A stretch of DNA of 20,000 nt, from assembly GCA_001661245.1 (NCBI GenBank), contig KV454016.1:350261-370260 (forward strand), written 5' to 3'. The position numbers were made by a program, and so were the translations under genes. The DNA is from Pachysolen tannophilus NRRL Y-2460 (Eukaryota). This document shows positions 1-9,907 of this stretch, in pieces. Numbering within the stretch: the first letter of the stretch is position 1; every line of letters starts with the position of its first letter. Below the pieces are notes generated by a model that was not told the origin of the DNA, did no database searches, and was given only the letters and a program-made list of their open reading frames with translations.

Positions 1-3000
1 AAATTACCAAGTGATACTATTTCAAATTTAAAAGAAAAATTGAATTTAATTGCATTGAAAAAGGATAGTAGGTATCTGATTGATGATTTAACGAGGAGGT
101 GTCTTTTACGTTATTATAATGAATTACTTGATCCTGCAAATAGTAAAGAAATTAATCATATAAAACAACCTGAACAAATTGTTGTAAGATTTGTTGCTTG
201 TGCAACTAAAGAAATAAATAAAATGGGTACAACGGGATCGGATGAAATAAGTGTAATTCTTTATAAGCAAACAGATTTATTTATATCAATATTAATAGAT
301 ATTATTAAAAATGAAAAAAATAGTGAGGCATTAATTAAAAAATTGAATGAATTTAAATCATCAATGAAACCAACAGCTGCAATTGCTAAATATGATTCTT
401 TACAAAAATCATTGACTCAACAAACAAAAATTAGTGATATTAATATTATTAAACCTACTTTTAAACTTTCTGAAATGAGTTTGGCTCAACATGTTGGTAA
501 GATTTTACAAATAGATCCAATAAAATTACAACAGGATATTGATAGATTAAAAGATAATATTACAGAAAAATCCATATATGATGATTTAAGAAAAATATTG
601 AAAAATCTTCAAGATCATAATAATGAAGTTGTTTATCAATTAGATGATTTTAATGTTATTAAGGATTATTTAAATTGGAAATCTGGAGAAGAAAGATCAA
701 TTAAAGCACTTATTGATCGATTTACACCTATATCAACAACAAATAAAATTGAAATAACAAATCCAAAAAATAATTATATTATTATACCTAAAGAAAAAAG
801 AGAATTTTTTGTTGAATTAGTTCAAAAATGTCTTGAATATGATGAAATGAATAATAATTCCGTAAATAATGTCACTTTGGAAACTCCTACAACTTCTTCA
901 CTTTTCTCCAAGACTTCAATGGATTTGATAGAGTATTGCTCAAAATTATGGAGAATTGATCATTTCACCAAGGCAACGTTGATATTTACAGCTGCTCATC
1001 GATCTGTTTTAAAACTTAACCCTCAAGAAGCTGAAGTAATAGATTTTGTCAAAACTGCAGATATTTTTAACCTTGCAAAGAGAATAGTTGTTGATCAGGG
1101 GAAATTGACTTGGAATACATTAAGTTGGCCAATGATCGATAGAGTAGAATGGGTTTGTAATTTGACAATAACTTATAACCAAATAATGAATGGAATAAGA
1201 GAGTCAATTACAAGGATATATTCTAAAAACAAGCCTAAATTTGGACCTTTCTTGGAATTATTAGGTTCTAACGTTGAATGTGACCCTTTATTTTACGAAA
1301 TTGATAAAAGTGGGATACCTAAAAAATGGGAAAAAAAATTGTCAAGGGCATTAGTAAGAACTGCTGAATCAAGATATGTCGATTTATTGAAATCAATACC
1401 AACAGATAATTCTTTAGGTTTAATTCATATTGTTGAAGTTGCTAACAGTGTTATCGAAGATGCAAGGATGTTGACTAAAAGGTATCCAAACCCGTTATTG
1501 GGTTTTTTGTATATACCACATACATGTGCTGGCTTTACAACTGCTACATTTGCTGCAGATGCCAAAAACATGTTATTGCATATAAAATCTTACTCTGAAG
1601 ATTCAATAAGTTATGGAGACTCAATCGAGGTTTATAAAACTTTAGTAGAAATTAGATCAATTTTTGAACAAGTTAGTTCACCATCAAAAAAATTTAAGTT
1701 TGATCTAGAAGAATTTTTCTTCCCATTTGTTGATGAATGGTGTGATGATAGTGGAAAGAAAATTTTGAAGATGATTGATCAAGCATTATTAGAAGATAAT
1801 TTTGAAAGTGTTGACGTGGGGAATGGCAAAATGTATAGTTCGTCTGTTGTCGATATTTTCACAATGATTAACCAATTATTTAAAGTATTAAAAGATTTAA
1901 ACTGGGTAGATGATTATCAGTTGGCAAAATTTTACACAAAGTTGTTGAAATATGTATCCGATGGTATTGTCACTTATTCAGTTAGGATAACTGATGAAGT
2001 GATGAACGAATTAGATCAATCAGAGGCACAACAAATTTCTATCAATGAATCAAATAATAGTACGTTATTGAATGGTACGACAGAATGGTTTAAATCTGCT
2101 GTTTCTGGGGGTAGCAAGTTAACACCACCTGAAGCTTATGATTTTAAACCTAGGACTTGTGTTGCATTAAATAATTTGCAAGCTTTCTTGAACAATTTAA
2201 ACAGTTTAGAACAACAATTGGATCCTGAAAGGTTATCTTCAATCATTGGTTCTAGAGAGAGAAGTGCTTCGAGGAAATTTACAAGTCATTTATTTTCAAT
2301 TAGAGTAATTAAAGCAGAAGATTTGAAGAATTTCAATTCAAGTAGATTATCGGATCCCTATGTGATATTAGTTGACGCTCAAGCTAAAAGAAGAATAGCA
2401 AAGACTAGAGTCATCACGAATGATTTGAATCCTGAATGGGATGAAGAATTTGAATTGATTATACCTTCAGGTTCTAGCGCGATAATTGGTGCCACAGTTT
2501 GGGATGCTTCCACTAAGATTGGCTCGCACAACATTTGTGGTAGAACCGTTATAAATTTGCAGCCTAATAGATTCAATAATGATGGTATTCCACAAGATTT
2601 AGAATTAGATTTAGATACACAGGGGAAATTGTTTGTTCAAGTTTTCATGGAAAGTGAAAGAGTTGATGCCATTTTTTGTATGGGTAGAGCTCATAGATCA
2701 TTAGTAAGGGCACAGGAAAGAATTGTGAAAGTAATTGTCGCAAAGTTTTCAACTTTTATTAATTTTGCATTTTCTAGAGAAACATTAAAATCCATTTGCG
2801 GTAGTAATGGTTTAACAAAAGTTAGTCAACAAACTCTGTGTAATGCTATTGTGCCTTTATTTGACTATCTTAATTCAAATTTTCAAACTTTAGCTAGCCA
2901 TTTAACTGATGATCTATTGTTAAAAATTATGTTACAAGCTTGGAAAGTTGTTTTACTTAGTGCTGATTCTTTATTATTACCTAAATTATCAAGTGCAAAA

Positions 3001-3660
3001 TCTTCTTTAAAAATGCATTTAACTAAGAGCCAAAGGAGATTATCGAATTCTTGGCAAAATGCTGTCACTACTGCTATGGCAAATGTAACTGGTGGCAACA
3101 CTATCACTGGCTTTGGTAGAGCTTTAACTCATCAGGAGGTGGATTGTGTATTCGAATGGTTAAGATCGTTATGTTATGATTTTTTCCATAACAATGGTGA
3201 AGGTCCACCAATTGAAGACTTGAAAAATGAACATTATCAGCAGCTATTACTAGTCCCAGTATTGTACGATAGAGATGCCGTCCATTTAAAACATGAAGTT
3301 GAGAAATTATCGTTGGCCACATTAAAACTCATTAGACAAAAAAATAACCTCGAAATATTTGGCAATAATAACAGCGATGGCCAAGAATTAACAAGAACAG
3401 GAACTTTGGCAAGATCAAAGACAATCATGGCCCAAGGTTCTGCAAAGGCAAGAGCTCAGGCTGCTCGAGAAGCAAGAGATGCAAGATCAGATCCAATCGC
3501 CGCTCAGGCAGCAGCAGAAGATTTGGTTCTCAGATTGCTATTGATCAAGCACGAAGAACGTTTTGTAGTAGGCAGACTAGAACAAAGAGAAAGATTAGCC
3601 CGAAGCATTGCTGCTGAGTCTTTTGCAAGAGCAGCTGCTCAAGGCATCCTAAATAGGTGA
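1..3660 (+). CDS. Munc13-homology (MHD1/MHD2) and C2-domain protein, YOR296W / S. pombe Ync13-like; 5'-partial
   Basis: The frame is open from base 1 (KLPSDTISNLKEKLNL...), so the TTG at 40 is not the real start and the gene begins before the window. C2 domain at about 2290-2650 (LFSIRVIKAEDL..SDPYV..KTRVITNDLNPEWDEEF..ATVWD). It is flanked by MHD-like helical segments (YSSSVVDIFTMINQ; AIVPLFDYLNSNF; DFFHNNGEG). Stop TGA at 3658-3660. Confidence 0.85.
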   Translation, partial: KLPSDTISNLKEKLNLIALKKDSRYLIDDLTRRCLLRYYNELLDPANSKEINHIKQPEQIVVRFVACATKEINKMGTTGSDEISVILYKQTDLFISILIDIIKNEKNSEALIKKLNEFKSSMKPTAAIAKYDSLQKSLTQQTKISDINIIKPTFKLSEMSLAQHVGKILQIDPIKLQQDIDRLKDNITEKSIYDDLRKILKNLQDHNNEVVYQLDDFNVIKDYLNWKSGEERSIKALIDRFTPISTTNKIEITNPKNNYIIIPKEKREFFVELVQKCLEYDEMNNNSVNNVTLETPTTSSLFSKTSMDLIEYCSKLWRIDHFTKATLIFTAAHRSVLKLNPQEAEVIDFVKTADIFNLAKRIVVDQGKLTWNTLSWPMIDRVEWVCNLTITYNQIMNGIRESITRIYSKNKPKFGPFLELLGSNVECDPLFYEIDKSGIPKKWEKKLSRALVRTAESRYVDLLKSIPTDNSLGLIHIVEVANSVIEDARMLTKRYPNPLLGFLYIPHTCAGFTTATFAADAKNMLLHIKSYSEDSISYGDSIEVYKTLVEIRSIFEQVSSPSKKFKFDLEEFFFPFVDEWCDDSGKKILKMIDQALLEDNFESVDVGNGKMYSSSVVDIFTMINQLFKVLKDLNWVDDYQLAKFYTKLLKYVSDGIVTYSVRITDEVMNELDQSEAQQISINESNNSTLLNGTTEWFKSAVSGGSKLTPPEAYDFKPRTCVALNNLQAFLNNLNSLEQQLDPERLSSIIGSRERSASRKFTSHLFSIRVIKAEDLKNFNSSRLSDPYVILVDAQAKRRIAKTRVITNDLNPEWDEEFELIIPSGSSAIIGATVWDASTKIGSHNICGRTVINLQPNRFNNDGIPQDLELDLDTQGKLFVQVFMESERVDAIFCMGRAHRSLVRAQERIVKVIVAKFSTFINFAFSRETLKSICGSNGLTKVSQQTLCNAIVPLFDYLNSNFQTLASHLTDDLLLKIMLQAWKVVLLSADSLLLPKLSSAKSSLKMHLTKSQRRLSNSWQNAVTTAMANVTGGNTITGFGRALTHQEVDCVFEWLRSLCYDFFHNNGEGPPIEDLKNEHYQQLLLVPVLYDRDAVHLKHEVEKLSLATLKLIRQKNNLEIFGNNNSDGQELTRTGTLARSKTIMAQGSAKARAQAAREARDARSDPIAAQAAAEDLVLRLLLIKHEERFVVGRLEQRERLARSIAAESFARAAAQGILNR

Positions 3661-3720
3661 TGACGCTGATGACGCTGATGACGCTGATGACGCTGATGAC
3701 GCTGATGACGCTGATGACGA
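3658..3720. repeat. 9-bp tandem repeat (TGATGACGC) x7, with degenerate GAT/GGT-rich continuation to about 3769
   Basis: Six perfect units plus a seventh ending in A, starting exactly at the upstream CDS stop codon. It is followed by two copies of TGGTGATGATTT (3739-3750 and 3754-3765). Confidence 0.95.
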
Positions 3721-3949
3721 CGGCGATGATGGTGACGTTGGTGATGATTTTGGTGGTGATGATTTTGGTCATTATCACCAGCGGTCGTGTAAACATTTCG
3801 ATTTTGGTTTTTCGTATAGTGCTAATTTATCCGATTGCAAGTTTTAATAGGAATCAGAAGCTTAGATAATAGAGATTATTGGTGTAGAGATAGCATTTCA
3901 ATATATAAGTACTATAGAATAATAGGTTAGAGTTGATGAACTGAGTAAT

Positions 3950-6900
3950 ATGTCCAAGATGGAAGGAAATGGATCTCAGGAAGATGGATGGTCGTACTCT
4001 TTCCCACCGTCATTGGAATCGTTATCATTTGCCAAAGATGAAACGCAAGAAGTACATGACAAACAGAAAGAATCAAAGGGGAATTCTAATGGTGGTGATG
4101 GAAGTGGGACTGATGTTGAATCTGTTATATCAGATGGTAGCAGTATAAATGAATTGGAAAATGTAATTGAGCCGCCTCCGAAGGCTTTAAAAGTTGATAC
4201 CTGGACTTCACGTCATCGTGATGAGGATAGCAATCCAGATGAAGACACAGATTCTATTTTTCATAAATTGTTAAATAAGAAAGAGCTCCCCAGTATTCCG
4301 ATTGAATTGGGGCAGAAAGAAGATAATGAGTTGTTTATATCAACACCTCCGAAGCAAAGTAATCAGATGGGTTCTTATTCGTCGTCTATTTCCTCATCAA
4401 GTTTAAGAGGTCAACCTCTTCCAGTGAAATCAACACCGGCAAATCCGTTGACGACAATGGAAGAGATTCAATCATCAAAGCCACGAACCTCTATGGATGG
4501 CTCTGAAAATAATAGTTTGAGCACCATTGATCATTTGCAGAAAACTATTTCAGCATCCCCTTTAAAAAATGCAGTAAATGAGAACAAAAAAGAACAAGAT
4601 AATGTACATGAAGAACAAAGAGAATTGGAAGATGTGAAAGAAGTTAAAGAAGAAAATAATAATGAAACTCAATTGAAAAGTCCAATATCTGATTCTACAT
4701 CTTTTTTTGAAGCCATGAGATCGGCTGCTCAAACTGCATCTTCATCTCTTTCAGGATTAACTGCACAGCAATCGCCTTCAACGGTAGCAAACAAAAATTT
4801 GCATTCAAGAAGCAAATCTGATATAACTTCCACAAATAATAATAACACTGCTGATGGTAGTAGTACTTTAAGTAATAGTAGAATTCGTACAAGAGCTATA
4901 TCGAGTTCAGGTTCTATTGTTTCTACTGTTGATGAGAACGGCAAATCGGAAAGAAAAAATCAACCAGAAATAATATCGTATCGTCGTTCCAAGAGACCAA
5001 AAAATGGAAGTGTTTCTTCCTCACTGGATCCAAAGTCTCCAGTTTCTATTAAGGAAGAGGAAGATACAAAGATTTCTGTCTCACCTGTATCTCCAACTTA
5101 TGATCAAAATTTATACATTAATGAGTTTTTTGAGGACACCCAGTACAGATATGCCACTTTAAAAAGAAACACTGATTTTCATTCAATATTTAAGTCAGTC
5201 CCAGTAGAGGACAGGCTTTTGGATGATTTCAGTTGTGCTTTAAGCAGAGAGTTTTTAATTCAAGGAAGATTATATGTGTCTGAAAATTATCTTTGTTTTA
5301 ATTCAAATATATTAGGCTGGATAACCAATTTGGTGGTTTCTTTTAAAGATATTACCCACTTGGAGAAAAAAGCTACAGCTGGATTATTTAATAATGGTAT
5401 TGCCATTGAAACTCAAACTACTAAACATTTTTTTGCTACATTTATTTCAAGAGATGCAACATTGGAGTTTATCAAAACTGTTTGGTCTAAGGTAGTAGAG
5501 GAGAATGTAGTTTCTTCAAAGAAAAGTCTCATAAATGATACAGAAAGCGACTTACTGAATGAAGTTTCTGATAGTAGCAACAGTGGCTTGAAACAGGGAT
5601 TGAAAAAAATGCGCCATCATGATAAACAGGTAGGTTTGATTGATTTCGGCTCTGACAGTTCTATTGATGAAAATGATGACATTAGTAATAAGGAAATGCA
5701 AGACAAAATCAAATCCGTCATAATGTCTATAGACGGCGATACTCCAAGAAAGCTTCTCTATGGCTCTGATAATGACGATGATGACTATGGAAGACAAGAA
5801 GGTGAAAATGATGAAAATGATGAGGATGATGAAGAAGATGAAGAAGATGATGATGATTATGATGCAGAAGAAGGGGATGAAAAAGAACAAGAGCTGCAAG
5901 AAAATGGCGAATTAAACCACGAAAATGGAAACATGGAAATAGGCGGAAGTGAAATTTATATAGGAGAAGGAGAAATGGAGAACTCAGAGATCAGGAAAAC
6001 TGCAACTTTATCTTATGAATTGAAAGATGATTCAGAATATAAAATAATTGGACCATCAGGTCACCCAGAAACTGAAATCGATTATGATATAAGTGCCAAC
6101 AATGAAAAAGTTTTACTTTCAGAAAATATTGAGGCTCCTGTTGGGTTAGTTTTTGACATAATTTTTGGCGAAAATACCAAATTTCATGAACATTTAATGG
6201 AAGTGAGTGGTGGGTCTAATTTTTCTGACTATTCAAAGTTTGCTGAGGATGAAACAGGAAAAAAACAAAGAAAATTCACTTATTCTAAGGCTTTGGGCTA
6301 CTCGATTGGCCCAAAGTCTACGACAGTTGTAGTATTGGAAACTATTGATAATTTCGATTTAGCCAAGAATGTTAATGTTGTAACTAAATCTGTTACACCA
6401 GACGTACCCAGCGGAAATTCGTTCTCTGTAGATACAAGGTACATCTTTGCCTGGGGCCCAAATAATACAACAAAATTTCAATTGTCTTACTTTATAAATT
6501 GGACTGGCAGAAGTTGGATTAAAAATGTTATTGAAAAACAAACTGCAAGTGGTCAAAAGGCTGCTGCTGATTTACTATTGAAAGAACTTAAAATGAAATT
6601 GGATGAAATATTGATTACAAAATCTATCGAAGTCACAAGTACAACTAAGCAAGTATCGGGAGGTGAAACAGTATCATCTAGAGCTGCTGAAGTACAAGAA
6701 AATTTGAAAGCTAAAAAGACAAAGTTGGATACAATCAAAGATACAATTTCAGATGATTTAACAAGACTTGAAAACTCATTAAGATCCATAACTCAAGAAA
6801 TCGGCTCCTTAGTTCCTCTATGGGTGAGAATTATTATTGGAATAATGTTATTTTTGCAATTGTACACTATCAAAATTGTTTATGACAATAATTCATTACT

Positions 6901-7195
6901 AAGAGAAGCCATTAGCATTAACAATTCCAGTCCGTCATCCATAAGTAATAATGATCTAAGGTCAAGAATTGAAGGTGCAGTATTTGATGAGGAAAATGTT
7001 CAATTCTGGGACTGGTTGGATAATAGGTCATTGTATGATAAACAAGAAGGCAAGGATGATGAGGAAAAGAATAAGTATTTGAGGCAGCAATTTAACGAAG
7101 TTTTTAATAATTGGATCAGTGATCACAACAATAGAGAATTCTTAAAGGACTTACAAAAAAAATTTAAAGAGTACACTTCGGACTCAGAGAAATAA
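3950..7195 (+). CDS. LAM6: LAM/Ltc-family sterol transfer protein at membrane contact sites (GRAM + single StART-like domain + C-terminal TM), Lam5/Lam6 type
   Basis: 1081 aa ATG-started ORF with a Ser-rich disordered N-terminus. GRAM domain: RNTDFHSIFKSVPVEDRLLDDFSCALSREFLIQGRLYVSENYLCFNSNILGW. One StART-like/VASt domain: SIGPKST...TPDVPSGNSFSVDTRY...WTGRSWIKNVIEK. Hydrophobic helix LVPLWVRIIIGIMLFLQLYTI. The single StART domain points to Lam5/6 rather than Lam2/4. Confidence 0.85.
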   Translation: MSKMEGNGSQEDGWSYSFPPSLESLSFAKDETQEVHDKQKESKGNSNGGDGSGTDVESVISDGSSINELENVIEPPPKALKVDTWTSRHRDEDSNPDEDTDSIFHKLLNKKELPSIPIELGQKEDNELFISTPPKQSNQMGSYSSSISSSSLRGQPLPVKSTPANPLTTMEEIQSSKPRTSMDGSENNSLSTIDHLQKTISASPLKNAVNENKKEQDNVHEEQRELEDVKEVKEENNNETQLKSPISDSTSFFEAMRSAAQTASSSLSGLTAQQSPSTVANKNLHSRSKSDITSTNNNNTADGSSTLSNSRIRTRAISSSGSIVSTVDENGKSERKNQPEIISYRRSKRPKNGSVSSSLDPKSPVSIKEEEDTKISVSPVSPTYDQNLYINEFFEDTQYRYATLKRNTDFHSIFKSVPVEDRLLDDFSCALSREFLIQGRLYVSENYLCFNSNILGWITNLVVSFKDITHLEKKATAGLFNNGIAIETQTTKHFFATFISRDATLEFIKTVWSKVVEENVVSSKKSLINDTESDLLNEVSDSSNSGLKQGLKKMRHHDKQVGLIDFGSDSSIDENDDISNKEMQDKIKSVIMSIDGDTPRKLLYGSDNDDDDYGRQEGENDENDEDDEEDEEDDDDYDAEEGDEKEQELQENGELNHENGNMEIGGSEIYIGEGEMENSEIRKTATLSYELKDDSEYKIIGPSGHPETEIDYDISANNEKVLLSENIEAPVGLVFDIIFGENTKFHEHLMEVSGGSNFSDYSKFAEDETGKKQRKFTYSKALGYSIGPKSTTVVVLETIDNFDLAKNVNVVTKSVTPDVPSGNSFSVDTRYIFAWGPNNTTKFQLSYFINWTGRSWIKNVIEKQTASGQKAAADLLLKELKMKLDEILITKSIEVTSTTKQVSGGETVSSRAAEVQENLKAKKTKLDTIKDTISDDLTRLENSLRSITQEIGSLVPLWVRIIIGIMLFLQLYTIKIVYDNNSLLREAISINNSSPSSISNNDLRSRIEGAVFDEENVQFWDWLDNRSLYDKQEGKDDEEKNKYLRQQFNEVFNNWISDHNNREFLKDLQKKFKEYTSDSEK
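5768..5890 (+). repeat. Coding (GAT/GAA)n low-complexity tract encoding an Asp/Glu-rich linker
   Basis: Encodes DNDDDDYGRQEGENDENDEDDEEDEEDDDDYDAEEGDEKEQ, between the GRAM and StART-like domains. Confidence 0.85.
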
Positions 7196-7672
7196 AATAA
7201 AACCGTTCTTTTTTTTAAGACAATTTTTCCTCCTCACCTCTTTTCCAATGATTTATAATTTTATTCATCAACTTCTTTTTTTTAAGTTAACTGCTTTCTA
7301 TATCTATTTTTATATGTCAATGCAACCTTTATCTGATATGTTCGTAATATTAGTGTTGAAGACTACTTAGAGAATGTGAGTCGATAAAAGTCATCTGGTT
7401 CCCCGGTCCGATTGTCTTCCTTATCGAAAAAAAATTTAAAAAAGTTCCAATGCGCTACTTCCTCTTTGAAATAACTTGACTTGAGTAATATGAATGAATG
7501 CATCCGAGTATCAACCGGATTCTACTAACATGCTTTAAAAAGCTAAGATTGTGCAGAAACCTCCAAAATTTGAAATGTCTTGCATACTATATGTTTGGTG
7601 ATTTACGTCTTTCATTGATGTTACTTGGTTCTATTTTGAATATATAAAAAGATAACGGGTACCTTTGAAATT

Positions 7673-9907
7673 TTAAACGATTGAGTCTGCTCTAGTTCCT
7701 TCTTCCTTAACTTCATTGTCTGCATTGCTTTTTGGTGATTTTTTAAAAATATTAGGCTTTCTTTTAATAAAACTTTCCTTTCCATGATTAAGTCTTAATT
7801 TTTTTTTATGCTCTCTTAGTTTTCTTTCTTTCTCCAAGTCTCTGTCAATTTTGATCTCCCTATAAATTCTCTTCAGAAGTTTATACCATCTTATCGATGT
7901 TTTCTGTATAGTTTTCACCATAAGTAAGATTAATAAAACAGCACTAAAAGGTACTGCGACCTTCCAATAAAATGAAACGTTTTCATCTAAATTTCCAAAT
8001 TTTGTGAAATTCATACCAAAATAACCTGTCCAAAAGGATAAAGGCAAAAAGATAACTGTGATTAAGGACAATCTGTTCATCGAGTTATTTGAATCAATTG
8101 AAACTAAGTTGAAAATCATATCGATTAAATTGGAAACGATGTTTTCCATAGTAGTGATGTCATCAGTGTACGATACTGTATGATCAGCAACATCTGCTAA
8201 ATATATGTCACAGTCTTGTGAAATAAAAGATGGTAAGGTCATATGTTTATTAAAGGTAGCACTGTTGATATGAGACGCCCGTTTTGTTGAAGATGATGAG
8301 GTAGATGAAGCAGTTTCATGGGATTTTGAAATTTCCTCGTGAGATTTTTTTGAATGATCTCTTAATGAATTAACTAAACTAGTAATTGGTACAATTGTTC
8401 GTTTTAACAACCCTAATTCGTTCAACATTAAATGTAGTTCTTGTATATGTGAAATGGTAGGATCTGTTAAAATATCAATTTCCATCTCTGTTAATCTTCT
8501 TCTATACGCAGTAACAACAGGAAAAGCTAAATCAACTGTAGAGTCAAGAATGGCTTGAAGCAAAATAGAGGAATCGCACGAGTCTCTTAAAATGGTTCGT
8601 TCAGAGCTCAATCTTGATAAAATTGCATTTTCAATTTCCGATGCCGAATGTTCGAAAAAAGAAATAACTGTACCATTATGGGTCATAAATATGGATACCT
8701 GTTCCGTTCCAACATCTAAATTCCTGTAACTTAATGGTCGATGCACTTCCAAAGCTTTTAATTTCCGACGTGATGTGTTGGCCGATATCAAATCAGCTGG
8801 TCTTCTCATATCTGAATTCGCTATTTCAGCTGATAAAGATTCATTATTTTTCAAAAGATTGATTGCATTTTTAGTTGAAGTTTCAGCAGAACCGTTTTCG
8901 CTTGAGACGCCGATTGAATCTTTTTTCGTCAAATTACCTTCATCATCAGTATGATCGCTGCTACCAATACCAGTACCAACACCAGAGTCAGCATTTGTGT
9001 ATTTTCTAGAAGATACATTCGAAGATATATCATTTTCATGCAGTTCACTATACTCTGCTCGATTTATATATTTAAACCAGTTCAGCCTTTTTTGATTTTT
9101 TTTAATCTTATCTAACTCTATTTTCTTGTTAACTTTAATTAATTTAATCAACTGAAGACATAAAAAATTGTGGTTAGGGTACTGATCAACTTTAGTCCTT
9201 TGAGGTATGTCTATCATATCTTCTATAGCCAATTTGTGCAATTGGTAATGTTGAGATATCACTGAGATAGTTTCCCAAGAAAGCCCATTAACATTAATCC
9301 ACCTCACTTTAGACCATCCTGGCCTCTTTTTCAAAGTCCTGTCCAATGCAGCAACAGAACGGTTAATTTTTTGTATATATTCATCACTTGAAATACTTGA
9401 ATCATCTAAATCAAAATCTTGTCTTTCTGTTGGAACTTCCAAATGTTCAACTCTATATCTAGATTCCGAATAATCGGTTATTGTAATTGCAGATCCCAAT
9501 GAATCCAACACCACTTTTGTCGAAGGAACATCAACACCAGGTTCCCAATTTGCTCTTTTCCTAGCTGCACTTGCAGAGATCTTTGAATCATAATATTTAC
9601 GAGTTTTCTGTCTTTTCTTATTAGCATGATTCTTTTTCCTAATTCCACTATTCCTCCTTATAGCACCATCGTCCAGTTCACCATCAAACATTTGAAATTC
9701 ACTAGAAACACTTCTACTCCTATCCTTATTCTGCTTCTTCTTTCTATTACTACAGGTCTCATCTAATGATGGTGTTTTATCTATTAATTCTAATGATGAA
9801 CCTTCAGATTCACTCTGACTGAAATTATACTCATCCAAGCTAGATGTTTCCAAATCATCAAGCAGCGGAAGATTTGGATAATTTGGATCTCCAGAATCAT
9901 ATATCAT
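7673..9907 (-). CDS. CorA-family (MIT) Mg2+/divalent cation transporter
   Basis: First ATG is at 9907 (the ORF-track start at 9913 is TTG). Two C-terminal TM helices with the GMN signature (LSLITVIFLPLSFWTGYFGMNF...FYWKVAVPFSAVLLILL). CorA N-domain motif VRWINVNGL...LHKLAIEDMIDIPQRTKVDQY. Stalk helix YLADVADH. Confidence 0.9.
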   Translation of the reverse strand: MIYDSGDPNYPNLPLLDDLETSSLDEYNFSQSESEGSSLELIDKTPSLDETCSNRKKKQNKDRSRSVSSEFQMFDGELDDGAIRRNSGIRKKNHANKKRQKTRKYYDSKISASAARKRANWEPGVDVPSTKVVLDSLGSAITITDYSESRYRVEHLEVPTERQDFDLDDSSISSDEYIQKINRSVAALDRTLKKRPGWSKVRWINVNGLSWETISVISQHYQLHKLAIEDMIDIPQRTKVDQYPNHNFLCLQLIKLIKVNKKIELDKIKKNQKRLNWFKYINRAEYSELHENDISSNVSSRKYTNADSGVGTGIGSSDHTDDEGNLTKKDSIGVSSENGSAETSTKNAINLLKNNESLSAEIANSDMRRPADLISANTSRRKLKALEVHRPLSYRNLDVGTEQVSIFMTHNGTVISFFEHSASEIENAILSRLSSERTILRDSCDSSILLQAILDSTVDLAFPVVTAYRRRLTEMEIDILTDPTISHIQELHLMLNELGLLKRTIVPITSLVNSLRDHSKKSHEEISKSHETASSTSSSSTKRASHINSATFNKHMTLPSFISQDCDIYLADVADHTVSYTDDITTMENIVSNLIDMIFNLVSIDSNNSMNRLSLITVIFLPLSFWTGYFGMNFTKFGNLDENVSFYWKVAVPFSAVLLILLMVKTIQKTSIRWYKLLKRIYREIKIDRDLEKERKLREHKKKLRLNHGKESFIKRKPNIFKKSPKSNADNEVKEEGTRADSIV

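Noticed and set aside
3658..3720. Repeat as a CRISPR array, telomeric repeat or box C snoRNA cluster
   Set aside because: No spacers, eukaryotic context, internal position, and no box C/D architecture with guide-length spacing.
3545..3869. ORFs 3657-3869(+) (MTLMTL...) and 3545-3796(-) (VISVIS...)
   Set aside because: Open frames generated by the 9-bp repeat; no protein-like content.
7556..7574. Near-identical ~19-mer shared with about 17233-17251 (AGAAACCT[C]CAAAATTTGAA)
   Set aside because: A single short AT-rich match with an indel is plausible by chance in 20 kb; no flanking similarity.
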